Shown here one piece after another: positions 1-15,540 of a stretch of DNA of 64,000 nt. The notes under the pieces were generated by a model, which had not been told where the DNA came from, made no database searches, and saw only the letters and a program-made list of their open reading frames with translations. Location: contig OZ316892.1 of NCBI GenBank assembly GCA_973895155.1, forward strand, positions 6,927,251 to 6,991,250, given 5' to 3'. Every line of letters starts with the position of its first letter. The first letter of the stretch is position 1. This DNA is from Marsupella aquatica (taxonomy: Eukaryota > Plantae > Marchantiophyta). Both the position numbers and the translations under genes were made by a program.

Positions 1-1453
1 TTAAGAGTTGTTCAAACAACTTTAAGGATTGCAAGTGGGGTGCCTAAGGCATTGAGTGACAAAGACAATCTAAAGTTTTGGATAGGCTGTTGTTTTGGTA
101 GAGAGTCATCTTCATAGAGTGGGTGGTAGAGCTATGCATCAATTCAATCAAGGGTATCAATTGAAGGATGGATTGAGCTTGACCTCATGGTGCACCCTCT
201 CAACTCTCCATCTTTCAACAGGGATTTAAGTAGTTGGAGCATTAAAGAGACCGCCCTTAACTTTACACACAACTCAGAAGATATTTGGAGATTTTGCTAC
301 AAGCCAACATGATCTAGTCCAGTAATCTCCTTCACTGGAGAGACAACTTATCAACCATCTGTAACAAGCTCATTCCTCGTTGTGAGTCTATCCTCAAAAT
401 GTCATCAACCCCATGTCCCAGAAGAGATGGTACTGGTTTACATTGACGAATGCAGTTCTGCAGCTGAGACTAACACCTTCAGTACAATGAAAACGTACAG
501 TTTGTGTGATAGAGGAGTAAATTGAGAGGCTTGACAAAGAGATGTGAGTTCTGCCAGGAATAAATCCAGGAAATCCGTAGTACTCCACTTGCCAATTCCG
601 TTCCTAAAGAATCATTTAGTTTGGCTACTATGCCTAAATAATATCAAGTTTTTGATGGCCATCTAAAATGTTTTTGCAAAAAGCTCTAACGCACGTTATA
701 CATTCAGACTAATGTCACAAAAACCTGTTAACTTCATAAACAGACCTACTCTCAAGTAATATCTACTCCTGAGTAGGCCTACCACATGAAAGATTGGTTA
801 CCACGACCACTAATATCAAAGACGAGGAGGAACAAATAACTCTCTACCAGAATGACCCGTGACCAGCATCCTGGGCAAGGTAAGAAGCAATAGCCGATTA
901 CAATCACTAAAGAAAGATGGCAATGTCCATTATCTCAAACCAATCCCCGCTCATACATACACATATCATTCATGTTATACCCAGAACTAAGATAGCTTGA
1001 TGAACGGAAGGCTCCAGATGCTGGAAGCACACACCAAGCTTTGTAGACTATGTTAGGAGAAAATTAAATGAACCAGCACGTTAATCTACCGAACCAGTGA
1101 CCAATGGTCATATCGTTCATGTACATATCTGCACTCCAGTAATGATCCTCTATCCAACCTCTGTTTGTACACATCAATAGTAAGCCGCCACCACGTGAAA
1201 GAATACTCGAAGTGAACCCTAAAATGTACAAGGGGTGATGCTGCAATCACCAAGAACTAAGAACTCAGATTTCAGAAGTAGGGGATGGACCTGGGAGGAA
1301 TGCGATCAAAACCTCCTCTGACTAGGAGCTAAAAATAAGGAGCTCGTAATCGCAGGCCCACCAGAATAATAATCCGTCCCCTACTTGCAAAATCAAAGAC
1401 ACTGCAGAGAATCCCTGCCGAGCACTTTACGTCATCTGAAAATCCAAATCCTT

Positions 1454-4400
1454 CTAAGCCTTTGCTGATGATGTTTCTGTTGTGGGTGACTCTAAATCAA
1501 GTTCCACATCGGCAGGATCCCCCACCCATAGTCTACCTTCTCGACGAGCAAACCGAATTCTAAGCTTACCATCGGCATCAACACCAGTGACACAACCTCG
1601 GCTAGAATATGTTTCGATTCCCCACCCCCATCTTGGAGTAACCACATCTCTCTTCACCCGTACCACATCATCAACTTTATATGCCTCCACTCGCTCCACT
1701 TCTGCTGGCTTGCAGACCCATAACCTTTCCAAGAAACAAAATGCTACCCACAGATCTCCATCGTCATCAATTCTATGAACTACACCTATACTTTTGTGGG
1801 TCACCTCTCCCCATTGATGCGCCGGGGTGGGGACAGAGGGTCTCACTCTTATCCACTCTCCTATGCAAATTGGCTGTTGTTCAACAACCTCCACTTCAGC
1901 CGGGTCCAACATCCATGATTTTTGAGAACCAATACACGAGTGCAATCTCAGACGTCCATCTGCATCGATCAGCGTTACTGTTCCTAAACTTCCATGACTG
2001 TGCCCCGACCACCCAAACCGAGGCTGCTTAATTGATGACTTCACTTGTACTTGCTGCCCAACTCGAATTGGTTGCACTCTCACAACCTCTTCCTGTAAGC
2101 ACATCCACCTTTCTTGCTCGCCGCAAAAGCCAACTAAAATCGGCTGACCATCTGTTTCTACTTCAGTGTCATAAGCTATGCCTTGGACAACTCCAATACT
2201 GCCTGGCCTAACACCTTTCCAACCAAAACGTGGCTCTACTAAGTCTTCTCTCACCTTTACCCAGTCTCCAACATCAAACATCTCTTCCTTCTCCAGATCA
2301 GCTGGATCTCCTCGCCAAGGGACAGTAAGCCCTGGAAATGCCACCCTTATTTCCCCATCTGCATGAACGCCGATGATTACACCTTTGCAACCATGAGAAG
2401 CGCCTCTCCATTCCCATCGAGGCTCAACTAATCCGGCCCGAAACTTAACATGCTGACCAACCCTTAGGATGGGCAGCTTCTCTACTTCGGAATAATGTGT
2501 CATCCATCGACCTGATCTAAAACAACCTGCTAACTCTAAGTAACCAGTATCAGATATACTGTGCACGACAACCACGCTATCTTTTCCTGCACCATGCCAG
2601 TCATAACTGGGTTTCGAACTTGAAGGACTTTTCAATCGGACCCAGTCACCAACTTCAAATCCTGAAAGCCGCTCTGCATCCCCTGGAGCAATCCTCCACA
2701 TGGTATTCCGTCCTGCAACTCTCACCTAAACAGACGACGATTACCACATAGATCTCGTCCTTGTCAGCTAGCACGTATTCGTGAAGAAAGAACTTATCTC
2801 ATGGAGTTGACTTGATGGTCTACAGACAGTTGATGGAGGACATGTACGCAGTCTCAAAATTATATAAATTCCATTATAACTTCTAGAACAAGTGTTCACT
2901 GACCATAATGGAGGTCAAACGAGAACTTGTAGCTATATAGCAGCATTAGAACCTTTACTTGACACTTACAAATATCCAAAACAATGAATTTAGGCAATAC
3001 AATGACAAAACAACCTACATTCAGTGTGCCGTCCATGTCAATTCTTGCAGTTTTTCCAGTCGTTGCAGATGTCTCACCAGACCATCCCAAACGAGGTTCA
3101 GTCACTGTTGGTAGAACATGTACTTCTTGGCCTACTTCCAAGGGTACTACCTTCTCCATGTCAGTGATGGAACAAGAAAATGGTTTATTGCGGAAGCAAA
3201 AGCCCACACCCATGTCACCGTCTTCATCAAGGTAATACACGACACCAACAGTGCCCCTTGTGACATCTTCCCATCCATACTTTGGAGAAGAGACTGATGC
3301 CTTTACTCGCACCCAATCACTGACCTGTACAGATCGTCCAGGCCATTTTAGTCCTCTAAAGCAGCCCTTTTCTCACAATTCTTCAAGGCTGAACTTGCCT
3401 AAGAATCTCACAATCAAGCGTTTTCTTCTCCATCTTATGAAGGCGGAGTAAGCTGCCCACGCGCAGCCAACACGGACAAGTTTTAACATCGTCTACCAAT
3501 TTTTCAGTGAGATAGATTCTTTCTTATAATAATGAGACAACTTAATACGCAAGGTTGCAACATATAGACTGCAGCATTTTACATTTCATGACTACAACAT
3601 CATATTCTCTTAATATCTCCGCTTAGGAGTGATCCTCTGGAATTAGCTGCTCATGTCTCTCGCGGTCTTTCATTTGAGCAGGCCCAATTTCTCAGAACCA
3701 CACGTGCTGTGTCTTATGTATCATGGAAAATGGAGCGGGTACCATATGAGCTAGAGTACCTTGAAATCTTCCACCTTCTCCATGTCAGCAGGGTCTGCTT
3801 GCCAAAGGATTGGCCTTCCAGTGATGTCAATCATGAGCAAGCCATCACTGCTAACTTCACTAATTTTTCCCACACTATGGTGTGTTTCTCCACCCCACGC
3901 ATATCTTGGCTCTGCGACTGATCTCTTCACACACACGCGGTCTCCCACCTGGATGATAGAGGCAGTCCTAAGGAGTCAAAACTAACAGACAAACAATGAA
4001 ATAATACAATTTCTACTCCCTATAATTACAAACCCTCTCAAAAAGTCAACAACTTGCTTCGTGTAGACAAGAATACCTTGAAAGGCTCTACGCGCTCCAC
4101 CTCTTCAGGCTCACAATGCCAGGGCCCTTGCAGATAACTCAAGTCCAACAGCAGACTATTATCTGGTCTGGTGCTATAAACGACTCCAATACTCCCGGGG
4201 GTCACAGGACCTAGACCATGCTTTGCGGCTGTTAATGATGGCCGGATTCGCACCCAGTCTCCAACTTTGAACTCTTCCACCCTCTCCATTTCTGCAGGAT
4301 CTGCCTTCCAGCCCCTTGATGCTCCCGGAAACCCCACTCTCAGTATACCATCATCATCAACGCACAGTACAGTGCCGATATCGTCCCTGCACTGCCCCCG

Positions 4401-7400
4401 CCACCCATACCTGCAGAAGTTGTTCCACTTTCAATACGACTTCTGCATTGAAAGGTGTTTCTCGACTAAACACATCGAGAACATGCTGTAACCGTGAGAA
4501 CAACTTCCGTCTGCATATTTTCTTAGATTACTTAAAATACTTGCTGGAAGAGTGGTACCAACTAGCCATCATTGGTTTAATTGGCGGGAAAAACCATATA
4601 AGAAAGAGAAGGATTATAAGGCGATCCTTAAGCTACAATTGTAGAGGAATGCTCTTTCCAGAGACGCCCAACTAGTTGAGAAAGAAGAAATAAGAATCCA
4701 CCCAGTCACCATTAGAGACAAATACCTTGGCTCTTTGGCATTTACTTTCAACCGGACATGTTGACCTCTGTCAAGAGGAACCACTTTTATAATTTCTTCA
4801 GTTGTGACCCGCGCCTCTCCAGTACAAAAAGCAATAATGAGTTGCTCCTTATCAACGATACTTTGCACCAAGCCAACACTTCTTGGTCTGGCCCCTTGCC
4901 AACCAAACGTCGGTGTTTTTACACTTCTCTTGAACTTGATCCAGTCTCCTGGTTCAAAACTTGAGAGGAGGCAAAACAAAATACGAAAATCATTAAACCT
5001 TCTGCAGCAAATATCTCTTGGTATGCACGCTCTGCTAAAAAAACACAAACTATTACCAGTAGACAAACTCAGCTCACCGTTTTACAAGCAGATACGGTTC
5101 AGCTACTCTGGTGACAAAATGTTCTTCGAACCAACAAAATGGACAGATTCAAGCTTACATAGTTGGAGAAATTTGAATCCCTTTTGCTGAGAGTGCGTCC
5201 ATCAAGTCTTCAGATATCCACTCCCGTGGTAATGCTTCCAAAAGATCTTTCAAAGTCTTCCCACTGTTTTCCAAGTTCGTCCATCAAAAATATGGTACCA
5301 CTTCGAGCATTCAACAGACTATCAATTATGCAAAACTAATACCTGTCCTAGGTTTTAGAGCATTACGCTCACAATACATGAACAGCCATAGTCCAGCAAT
5401 AGAAACTGGCTCCAGGTAGAATCTTCGATGATCCAGAATTCAACATGACGCTTCAGGTAACCAAAACGGAATATCAGACGTCCGACCTTGGGAAAAAATC
5501 CAGATAATTACAACACAACCGATCCCCAGAAGCGATTTTAACGCTGAACTTTGATACCGTTACAGACCATGTTCATGCTTTTCAAAGAATACAGAGCCAG
5601 GAAATTGACCTATGATTTTTTACGTCAATTGCTGCATCTCGTTGCTGAAGCATTATTACAATCCAATCCAGATTCTCTTTGACCATTTTTGCCATATCCG
5701 CAGCAATGTGGAAGGCATTGTCACCTTCGTCATCCTAGCACAGGAGACGAACATGCATTTGTCAACTACCTATACTGCTTCTGGTCAATGACATCACACT
5801 CCTCAAAAGGCAACAACTATGGCGTACCTTTCCCATTCGTCCCGAAGAGAAACTTAGTGTGCAGTAATAAGACAAGAACTAAGCAAATACCTGCAAATTG
5901 CAATTTGCGCCACGTTGCAAAAGCAGGCCAACACATGCCTTTGACCCCCTTGCCAACGCAACATGCAAGGGTGTCGTTGTGTGGATATCTCGCACGTCAA
6001 CATCAACTCCAGCGTCTAATATTATCTGTCCACATTTTACAGATGCCACAGCAAGGCACTTCTTAAAAACTAGACAAAACACCCCGCAGAAGCTGAAGAC
6101 AATCTTACTATTTACAGTGGCACAGCTATGCTCGATCCAGTGATCACCCTCACACCATTGCAGTTCCTAAAGATAGATAAAGTAGCACCATAAATTACTC
6201 GAAGAAGCATATTTACCTTCACCATCTCAACATCATTAGCAATGGCAGCCGCATGCAGCGCTGTTTGGCCACGCTGGACGTCCATAGCAGTAGGGTTTGC
6301 CCCAGCGCACAACAGAATCTTCACAAGTTCACGAGCCTCTGCACCGATCACATGTCGTGGTCACTTAAGGACTGAAAGAAATACATTTTCCTTCGTTCTA
6401 AAGAAGGTAATTTGAAAAAAACCCAGAATAGAAGCCGAAACTTTCAAATAACCCCTTCCAACTTCCTTCACCGGACTCTTGACAACACGACTATCTATTA
6501 CTAGCTTGACGTACAAAAACAGATTATTCGGATAATCTGCACACTACAACAAACTAATCAAGAATGGTCTTCAATGACTTGACTAATCGACTTGGGCCCT
6601 CACCTTCCTCATGAGCTTTTTTCAACGCTGCTGCCATACATAGAGCAGTTCCCACCGAACTGGGCACCTCAATAGCTGCTCCTAATTGCTCCTTTGAAGC
6701 TATCTCTACCCACTTTCTCACAATAGCTACATTGGCGGTAGCTGTGCATAAATGCAGTGGCCTGACACAAACAGGTCCCAGATCATGTCAGAGAATCGAA
6801 GGCCCCAGAACAAAACCTCATCAATCTTTCTCCCACCTGATAGAAGTGTATCTGGCTGGCCACGTTAACCAGAAGATCGCTCTTCCCCATTCATTTCCAT
6901 TATCAAGTGCATCTCCAATGCACCTTAAAGGTACAAACTGATCTCTTATACAGAATCAAAATTAAAGTCTACTATTCAGTACAATTCCAGTATCATGGCA
7001 CATACGTCAGATCTTTGGCATTGAGAACACCCATTGAGTCACATCCGCCGTTCTCCAAAATCGCAATCGCGCATTCAGAATGTCTTTTTGTTATTGCTCG
7101 ATGAAGGACCGTCTCTCCTTCATCATCCACACTATTAGGATTGGCCCCTGCGCTCAGAAGTTCCTGTTATAAAACATAGGTCAGCAAGGGGCATACACAA
7201 ATATTGCTTGTCTGTGAGAATGCAATCAACAATTTCGAACAATCCTCTTGGAAATTTGGGTCATCTGACAAGCTCACAGCTTGAACAGAAGAGATGGGGT
7301 TGAACTTGGCCCCAGAACAATCGAAAATCTGTACAGCTTGTTGATCCTATTGATCTCTTCTGTCTAGTATAATTCACTCGATATGAGTGGCTCAAATAGC

Positions 7401-10400
7401 ATACCCGCATGCAATCAGGTTGTCCGTGAAATGCACAAACATGCGCAACTGCAGGTCCCAACCCATCCTTGAGCCTTGCATTAACATCAGCCCCCCGTTT
7501 AATCAGAGCTTTCAGACACTCCGGCGTACCAGATGCAACAGCAAAGACAATTGGCGTATCTCCATCTTTGTCCAAAACCTCTACATCAGCCTCTGGGTAT
7601 TCGAGCATTATGTCAACTAATTCTGAATAACCTCTCATAGCTGCAACATGCAATGGTGTTTGGCCTTCTCCATTGCGACTATCCAATAGTGCCCCAACTG
7701 AGGTTCCAGCATTTCCATCTGCTGCTTTTGCAAGCAAATCCCTGACGAGAAACCACAGCTCACGTCAATCAAATATAACGCAAACAAGATTGATTTTCCA
7801 GACATCGTGCGATTTTTAAATGCGGCATACACACCCACACACAACAGACGTACCTAGCACCCTCCGTGTCCCCTTCGGCGACAAGGCGATGAAGAAACGT
7901 TTCTGAAGTTTGCCCAAACTCAAGGGTGGACGAAGGTGAGGGTTCAGTGCCACTCACTTCTGCTTCCTTTGCTGGGTAACTGAAAAGCATACAAAATTCA
8001 CTGTCATACGGGTAGTGCTTCATTTCAGTGAGCTAAAACTCTGCAATTCAAACTTTTTAAAACGGACTGCAAGAAATCATAGTCTACACCAAAGATACTA
8101 CCATTCACAAAGAAGCCAGCACTAAAGCTGACAAAACAGTAGGAACCACTCATCTAACCTCGGAGTTCTGATACAATTTTTCTATATGAGTTGGCAGTAT
8201 AAAATGCCCTACTTGTCTGGACTTGGTGGAGGACTCAATGGCATCTCGCGCAAATGTCGTAGGAACATTGCCAGCATGGCATGAAATGTAGGTCTCTTAG
8301 ATGGCTTGAACTGCAGACACTCTCCAATCATCTTCCACAGTTCCCTGGGTATTCCCCCGCCTACTATTCCCACGTACTGTGGTGGCTGTCGTCGAGTCTT
8401 CACGACAAGTCGGTAGATTTCATCTGGATTCGATCCACCCCATCTGTAACCATGGCCAACCATCATCTTTGATCTCTTGTGGCCGATTAATTGCACCATT
8501 GGACATTAAATATCAACGAACGAATTAAGTAAAAATCATTTGAATAGAAGCATCAACCAGTTGGCCATATGGTTTCACTTACGGGATTGCTCCAGTGCAC
8601 ATCTCCACAAGCGTACATCCAAAACTCCAAGCATCTGACTCAGCTGACATACCCACCGCATCCTCCCAAAACAAGTTTAAGGCTGATTTGCGAAGAGGTT
8701 CCCATGCTTCAGGAGCCATGTAGTTGGGTTTCAACATAGTACACTCCACGCAAGAGTGTGTCAAAGTTACATTCTCATCTCCAGTAGAGGATCGAGCTTT
8801 CTTACATTGAGGCTTCTTCAGGATCTCTGGGAGGCCATAGTCAGCCACAACAGCTCGCCCTTTTGTATCGACCAATAAGTTTGAGGGTTTCAGATTCATA
8901 CACACTACTCCAGCTGCATGTAACTCTGCTACACCTCGTGATATGTCAGCACCATATCTGCACATTCATACAATTTGTCACTATCGTCTTCATAATTCAC
9001 TGCAAAATCCATTTTGAAATGGACTGCTGACCCTCCATCTCCTTTGACAAAAGAGACACATTGATTCGCGAGTACAGCAAAAAACACAAAACGTTCCTCT
9101 GCGTTGAAGCTGGATCCTTAATTCAGCCCCCAAGCCCACGCCTCCTGACTCGCAGCACTTATATGGAGGACCTGGTAGCTGGTCCAATTTTGTTAAGTTA
9201 TTGTGCATTCGATGAAAATTTGATTGACTTCATACTTTGCACGGGCCAAAAACCCAGAGAATCGTGAAACAGAGCACAGGACAGATGAAAACTTTTGTAG
9301 AGAAAAATGTAGCTGCTATATGTAGGATACATAAAGAAGCCAAGCCTAGCCGGATGGTCAAATATATGTGATTTGAAACTATGTGGAAGGGGCTTCCTGC
9401 CAAGGAAACTCCCTGGGAAAACTCTAATGCAGTGCTACAACAGAGTATAGGTGTCCACAACCTGCGATTGAGGAATTAGAGCAAGACGCCACAGGAATAC
9501 GAAGGTAACCCTTATCAAAGAATTGACCACACCAGCAACAAAGAACTCGATGTCCATTATGTACTCATTGGTGTACATATTTGCTTCACAGATCATTCCC
9601 ACCTTAAAAGAAAAACTGGACGAGAGAGATAAATATCATTCCGTTACCAAAACAGCCATCCCAATACTTGCAACCTTGGTTTTTATCACAACCCTGGGAC
9701 AAACTTCACAACAACTCCACGAGCCCTAAAATTCTAATAAGTTATAGGGCTGTAAATTTTGGTACCTCAAGATCTGCTCTAAGGTTAGACGGCCATCATT
9801 CTGCTGCATCATCGCTTGCACCGAGCTGAAGTACTTATCCATTACTATGCAGAGTTTCCCTTCTTGAGGACAAGCACCGTAAATTGTGCATACATTTTGA
9901 CACCACATTGCCGCCCGCCTCAATTTTTCAATCTTGCTTTGGATCCCCTCCAAGTCCATCCCATCCGGAATGTCTAATCTCTTCACTGCCACTTTATGCT
10001 TGCAACCTCCTGTACCAGTAAGTATACCTGCCCACAAATCCTGGCCCTTCCGAGGCCCGTTGCCCATAGGCCGTAAAAGACGCAGCGAATGAGACCCAAG
10101 ATCCACCGTAATTCCAGTGCAGACAGGATTCCATCCTGGACTAGCCTGAGGTGTATTACTCCTCGACCGATCAGAATATGGATTGGAATTACAATCAGTT
10201 AGCTCTTCTTCTTCGTCAGAATCGTCCTCTGCTCCACAATCCGAGGAGGCACGCCGGATGAGTGACAGCAATCCAAAATTCTTCCTCAGAGCCTCCACGC
10301 TGTTCCCCACTTTGGATGGTTGCCGGCACCGTGGGCAAAGCAGTGTATGATCGGTGCACACAGCAAACATGTGGGCCAGACACTCTTTACAGAAACTATG

Positions 10401-10478
10401 GCCGCATTGCAACATCATCGGAGCCCTGTCATCCTCATTGTACATCATCTGACAAACCGAACAAGCTGGGAGCTTCAT
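1454..10478 (-). CDS. KEG: KEEP ON GOING-like RING E3 ubiquitin ligase (RING + kinase + ankyrin repeats + HERC2-like repeats), multi-exon
   Basis: ATG at 10478 (MKLPACSVCQ...CGHSFCKEC...CPRC RING). Kinase exons 8209-8965 (MNLKPSN, ADYG, YMAPE, SDAWSFG). Ankyrin exons ~5890-7740 (GQTPLHVAA, GQTALHAAA). Repeated HERC2-like units (FEVGDWVR...PxxGW) 1454-4960. GT-AG boundaries flank the ORF pieces. Stop at 1454-1456. Confidence 0.95.
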
Positions 10479-13400
10479 CTTTTCCAACCCACCGCACGAA
10501 CCAAAACGAATCAGCCAAAACTAGCAACAGTTACAGCACATTGAAGGGTTCAGTTCAGCTCCATGGCACGTTTCTCAGAAAGAGGAAACCCATCATTGAT
10601 TGCAAATCTCGGCTCCTCGTGTGCATCACTGGAGAAAGAACGGCATAGCTGATTCCTAAACTCCCCTCCCTCGTACAGATTTTCATGCTGTCGTTTCCAG
10701 CCTTGTACGACTGAAATGTTGATATTTTGCTCCTTGTCAACAATCATTATGACCACAAGTCGCCTCAAATCTGCTAATCACACCGAAACTGACACACCAC
10801 ATCACCTTGTTCGGCACCAATCCCTTCAGAGGTGGCATCCACTCCCGACTGCATTGCCTCCTCTCAATCTCCCTACGGCATTGCCAAGAGTGTAGTACGG
10901 TCCAATCCTCTCCGCCCCCATCAGTCAACAACAGGTTAACTAGGGAGAGATTCTGCCATTTCAAGGACCTCCAACTTCACCGTCCCATTCCTCCTTGCTT
11001 GCCCTCGGACCCACAAGAACACAATCCAAAAGGCTGGCACGCGGGCGGGCAGGGCAACCCCGATGAAGGTGATGGACTTCTCAGCCCAACGTCAGGTAGT
11101 TCCCAGAGTCCCAGGCTTCAGTGCTGTCATGGCAGGTGTACGACCTCCCTCCTAAATAAGAACAGAAAGGGAAGGAGGAGGTCCACGGATGATGGAAGAA
11201 TTGCAATTCACACTACTGCTCATCAGTTTTCGGGATTCCTGGCTTGGTGACTATTATTCCCAGGCTGCCCTGTCTCTTCTACGTCAAAAAGCGTTCTTCT
11301 CGGCAGAGGTGGACAAATGAAGGGAATGGAATCGGATGGGGCAAACGAAGGAGAGACAGCGGGAGATCAGAGAGATAGAGTCTCTGGAATTGCACAGAGC
11401 GTCCGTTGTAAGCTGTTCAAGAGAAGTACCTGTAGATACCATCAATGACGGGGGAGGGCATTCCTAAGCTAGCAAGCACAAAGTCTCTAGGCCTCGTTAA
11501 CAGAGATGGCAAATCTTGCCAAGCAGGTGGAGAACGGGAGGATGCTTGCGAACCCATATATGGACCTTGGATAGAGTCCGATGAAGCCAATGTCTACAGT
11601 CTATACTTGTAAAATATGGAAAGAAAAAACACAATTCTATACGCTTCATCCATCACACTGTTCAACCATGTCTCATAGCTTCTTCAGGCAGTCTTAGGTT
11701 GGAGATAACTACAAGACCGGCGGGTCGTTGGTCACGTTGAAGGAGAGAGCTACTCGAGTGACATAGCTCTAGTCTAAGGAGTGAAGGGAAAGTAAAACTC
11801 CCCTAAATTTTTGGGATAGTGGGATTTAGTACATTGCCACGCCTCTTAGTATATCATAAAGTCCTGTTCACAGAGCATTGCAGGTTGTAGTGCCCCTAGA
11901 AACAAGAGCTTTAGCTGGAGTTATGAGGGGCTCTTATTTCCCAGAATGCTCTGGTAAGAGGACCATAATACATTTAAAGGCCTAAGAGATTTTGGTTTTA
12001 CTAATTTTAGTGAAAGTAGAGGATTACTATCACGATGAGCTGCTCCAAATCTTGACAGATTTTTTCCAAGAATGCCCTGAAAATCACAAAGAGAAAATCA
12101 CAATGGAGATTAAGTTTGATTAGAACTTTGCCATCTCTTTTCCATTGTTATTAGCTAACTTGCAACAATCCGATGGTCTCTTACTTTGTTCCCTCCCCAA
12201 CTCGCTTTTCCCCCTCTTGAGTGGCTGCCCACTCCTCTATCCCCCTGGTGGATGGTGGGCCTGGGTGTTGAGGTTAATTCAAGGATGATATTGTCTCATG
12301 ATGGAAACTGGCAGAATGTTGATAGTTGGATGTTTCCAAACTAGCTAGAGGTGACAACTTAGTGATTAAACTAAAAAAAGTGGCAAAGTATTTAATTTGA
12401 CCAAAAACAAGTGCCCATGAAGTAAATCTCACTTTTTGGATATTAAATAAGATTAAGAGTGATACAAAGAGGATGATCATGGCCCCTATGGAAGGATGAC
12501 ACCCACAATGCTCGGGCAGAGCTTCCGTCCCAACCCTCTGAAAAAAGGATATCAAGCACCAATCAAGAAGTGGTCTGCTTTTCTAAAAGTCCCTCAAATG
12601 TATCTCCCATTGGAGATAGAGTTTGTTCCATGAATGACAACAGGCTTTATGTTATAATATAAGTATCACCAGGTTACCCATAGTTAACCTAACCTTGGTT
12701 AGGACCAGGTTACACATGTACCATAATACATACTAATAGATGAAAAGGCGGTTACAAGCCGCATTAGTTGTGTGATCTACATTTCGCATCTCATCCAAGG
12801 TCTTGGCTATGGTGTCTTTGTACTCTAACATGTTATCAGCACGTACGGACTCTCCAAAGATTGAGCAAGGCTATGGCGAATGCCCAAGGAATTGAGAAGG
12901 AATTAATGCCACAACCAGGAGCTATAGGAAGACATTTGTTGCCAAGTTTAAGGGTGAACAAATGAGATTTCTACTTGACAAAGAAGCAAAGAAAGATTGA
13001 ACGCCATAACAGAGAAATGGAATCCGAGGTTATTCATCTAAGATTACAGATTTCCCCTCATCGAAGGAAGGATTGGGACAGTAAAGATGACCGATTCCAA
13101 TGAGAGGAAAACAGGAGAGGGCCATCAATGACGACCAATGAGGGCCATAATTTTGACAAAAATAAATAAAATTGACGAGGATTCATAAGATATCCAAAGC
13201 AGCCATGGAATTCACGACTTAAGAGAAAGAGTTCCTCTAATGATATAGCAAGAAGAGAAAGAGAGCGAAAGCAACATGACCTTACATAGAAAGAAAACAC
13301 GATCTTTATACTCGGCAGAGAGATCAATGCGCAAGGAGAACAATTAAGGAGCAATTATACACTACACCACATTACAGTATTGAATGAATGAAAGAGAGAA

Positions 13401-14799
13401 GGCACCGGTATAAATTCTGACAGTAAATAACTATTTGTAGGCCTTCCCATAAGCTCCTTGTTGCCCACCCTACTCAGAGCAAGGAGTGAAGAGAGTGAAT
13501 TTTATCTAAGTACCTAAGGAGGTTTTCCGTGTAGAAGCAAACTCTCCAAATTTATGACCAACCATCTCTTCAGTAATCTTCAAACCAACAATACGGGTGC
13601 TAAAAATAAATCACCTCGATGGTGCTGTAGGTTAAAAACTCTAGACAACCTGAACCAGTTGAAGGTTGCTTCCATCGTGTTATGCCTCGCTGGCTTACGA
13701 GAGGTTGGCTTCAACCTGTTAAACCAGGTAGTTGAGTCCTCAAGGAGCTCTTAAGGATGGGCAATCCGACAGCAGGCAACTTGAGCAGGCAACATCGGGC
13801 GTGGGGTGGCCACGTCATTGTGCAGACTAAGCATGGTTGCATGATAGGAGGACATTTTTATAGTTTTTATAAATATATACAATTTTTTTATATTATACAC
13901 TATACATAAATTTCAATTTTATTTTTCATGTTTTTCAATCTGGTTTTTTAATTTGATTAATTAATTTATTATTATCTGGGCTGGGGACAAGCTGCCCACC
14001 AGGCCAGGGTTTGCTTTGGTTATTTCCTTCCTTCTTGCAGTGCGTTGCCCTGCCCGTCAGTCTTGGCAGGCCGGCCCACAAAAAGGCGCACACGGACTGG
14101 AAGGAATTAGAGGCAGGGAAGTGAGTGGGGCACCCCGGTCCACATAGCTCATCACCAGTTATGAGACAAGTTGCCCACCCTTCCAGAGTATTGTAGTCTT
14201 TGCTTCTCTTCAGTCATTTGGTTTTCTGTATTTTAAAAATTAGCCAAGGTGGCTCCTTACTACCCTATGGAGTAGGAAACTTGGGTACTGCATCTACTTC
14301 GGGCTCTACTTTGGGTTAAGAATAAATTCAGTGGCTAATCCCAAAGTTTAGTAGTGCACTCAGATAACAAATGGTAACTTGAACAACTACTCTCTTTAAC
14401 AGAAACTTAGACATAATTTCCTCTGTCGGGGAATTGAACCCCACTGTGAGTATGTCACAGCCTTCCAAGGAAAAGTTTTGCCCTACCCCCAACCCCCTCC
14501 ACCGCCCCTCTCCAAGCCCAACACTCTGCCACAATCAGAAAATACTGAGCTCCTTCAATGCTGAGCTCCTAACCTCCTCTAATGAGCAACAAACAAACAA
14601 CCCTGATCTTGGCTAGGGCTTGCTGGCGAATGATGCCAGCACTTGATCCTGATGTGACGAACAATTGCTGTTTTTCCAGAATTTAGCCCAAGTATCATTA
14701 GCTAGCCCCTTTTCTAGATAAGTTTCTGGAAAATTTTTGCCTACAAAAAAATGTGGTTGGTTGCTTCCATTCGGAGGATGCTTCAACAACGGGAGAAGA

Positions 14800-15540
14800 C
14801 TCTCTTGCATGGAATAGGTAAATGGCGTATGGAACTCAGAGCGGTTCCTGAGGATCAGATCATATTGAGAAATATCTAGAAACCTTTTCGAGAAGAAAAG
14901 CTAAATTTGTTTTTCTGGCAGCTTGCTCACAGGATTAATGCTACTCATTATTATATCGGCAGGAGATCTTCTCACCATGATGTAAACAGGTATTCTTATT
15001 CCTTTCTCTCGTTCAGATCCTCGTTGGTGGTGTAAGTGATGTGATGGAGAGGCTCATGAGGATATTATACATTGTCAATGGACATGTACTGAATCTCAAC
15101 AGATATGGGGATGGATTGCCAAGGTGATGGGCAGTGCTACGATTCTTCAACCCTCGATATGTCTTTAGGTGCTGTGCAGGCGATTCTTGGTGCTCAGATT
15201 TCTAGAACTAGTCGTGACTTTCCTTGTAAACGGTGACATTTGATCCGGGGCCTCTCCAACTGGCATCTTTGGAAAGCCAGATGTTCTCTGGAAAAAGAGG
15301 AGATTCGTGTTTCAGTCATTGGGATTCAGATTAAAATCTGGAGGGAGATATGTCTTTATCTTATGATTGCTTGGTCTCAAGGACTTCTACGACATAGGGC
15401 TGCTGGTCGGAGTCTCCAAGAACTTAAAGGATGCATGGTCAGAGATTTTGGTAGAAATGGTGGTTTATCTAGTATTATTGAGGAGTCGATCATTGTTGAG
15501 TATAAGCCATTATGGGCTTTTGACCCGCCCTGAATTGTCT
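14800..15540 (+). mobile_element. Degenerate non-LTR (LINE) ORF2 C-terminal remnant
   Basis: Broken frames read KAKFVFWQLAHRINAT and HLIRGLSNWHLWKARC...IKIWREI, resembling the zf-RVT and downstream WxxWKxR region of plant L1 ORF2. Many stops; boundaries approximate. Confidence 0.55.

Noticed and set aside
8579-8965. Non-canonical kinase motifs (MNLKPSN, DYG) in KEG
   Set aside because: Similar deviations are a known feature of KEG kinase domains, so not novel.
10550-11250. Short ORFs upstream of KEG as uORFs or a separate gene
   Set aside because: No recognisable homology; they lie in the probable 5' UTR/intron and cannot be supported.
11690-14200. Possible TE remnants and hAT-like GGGTGGGCAA ends (13753-14182)
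   Set aside because: No TSD and no recognisable protein motif; boundaries cannot be supported.
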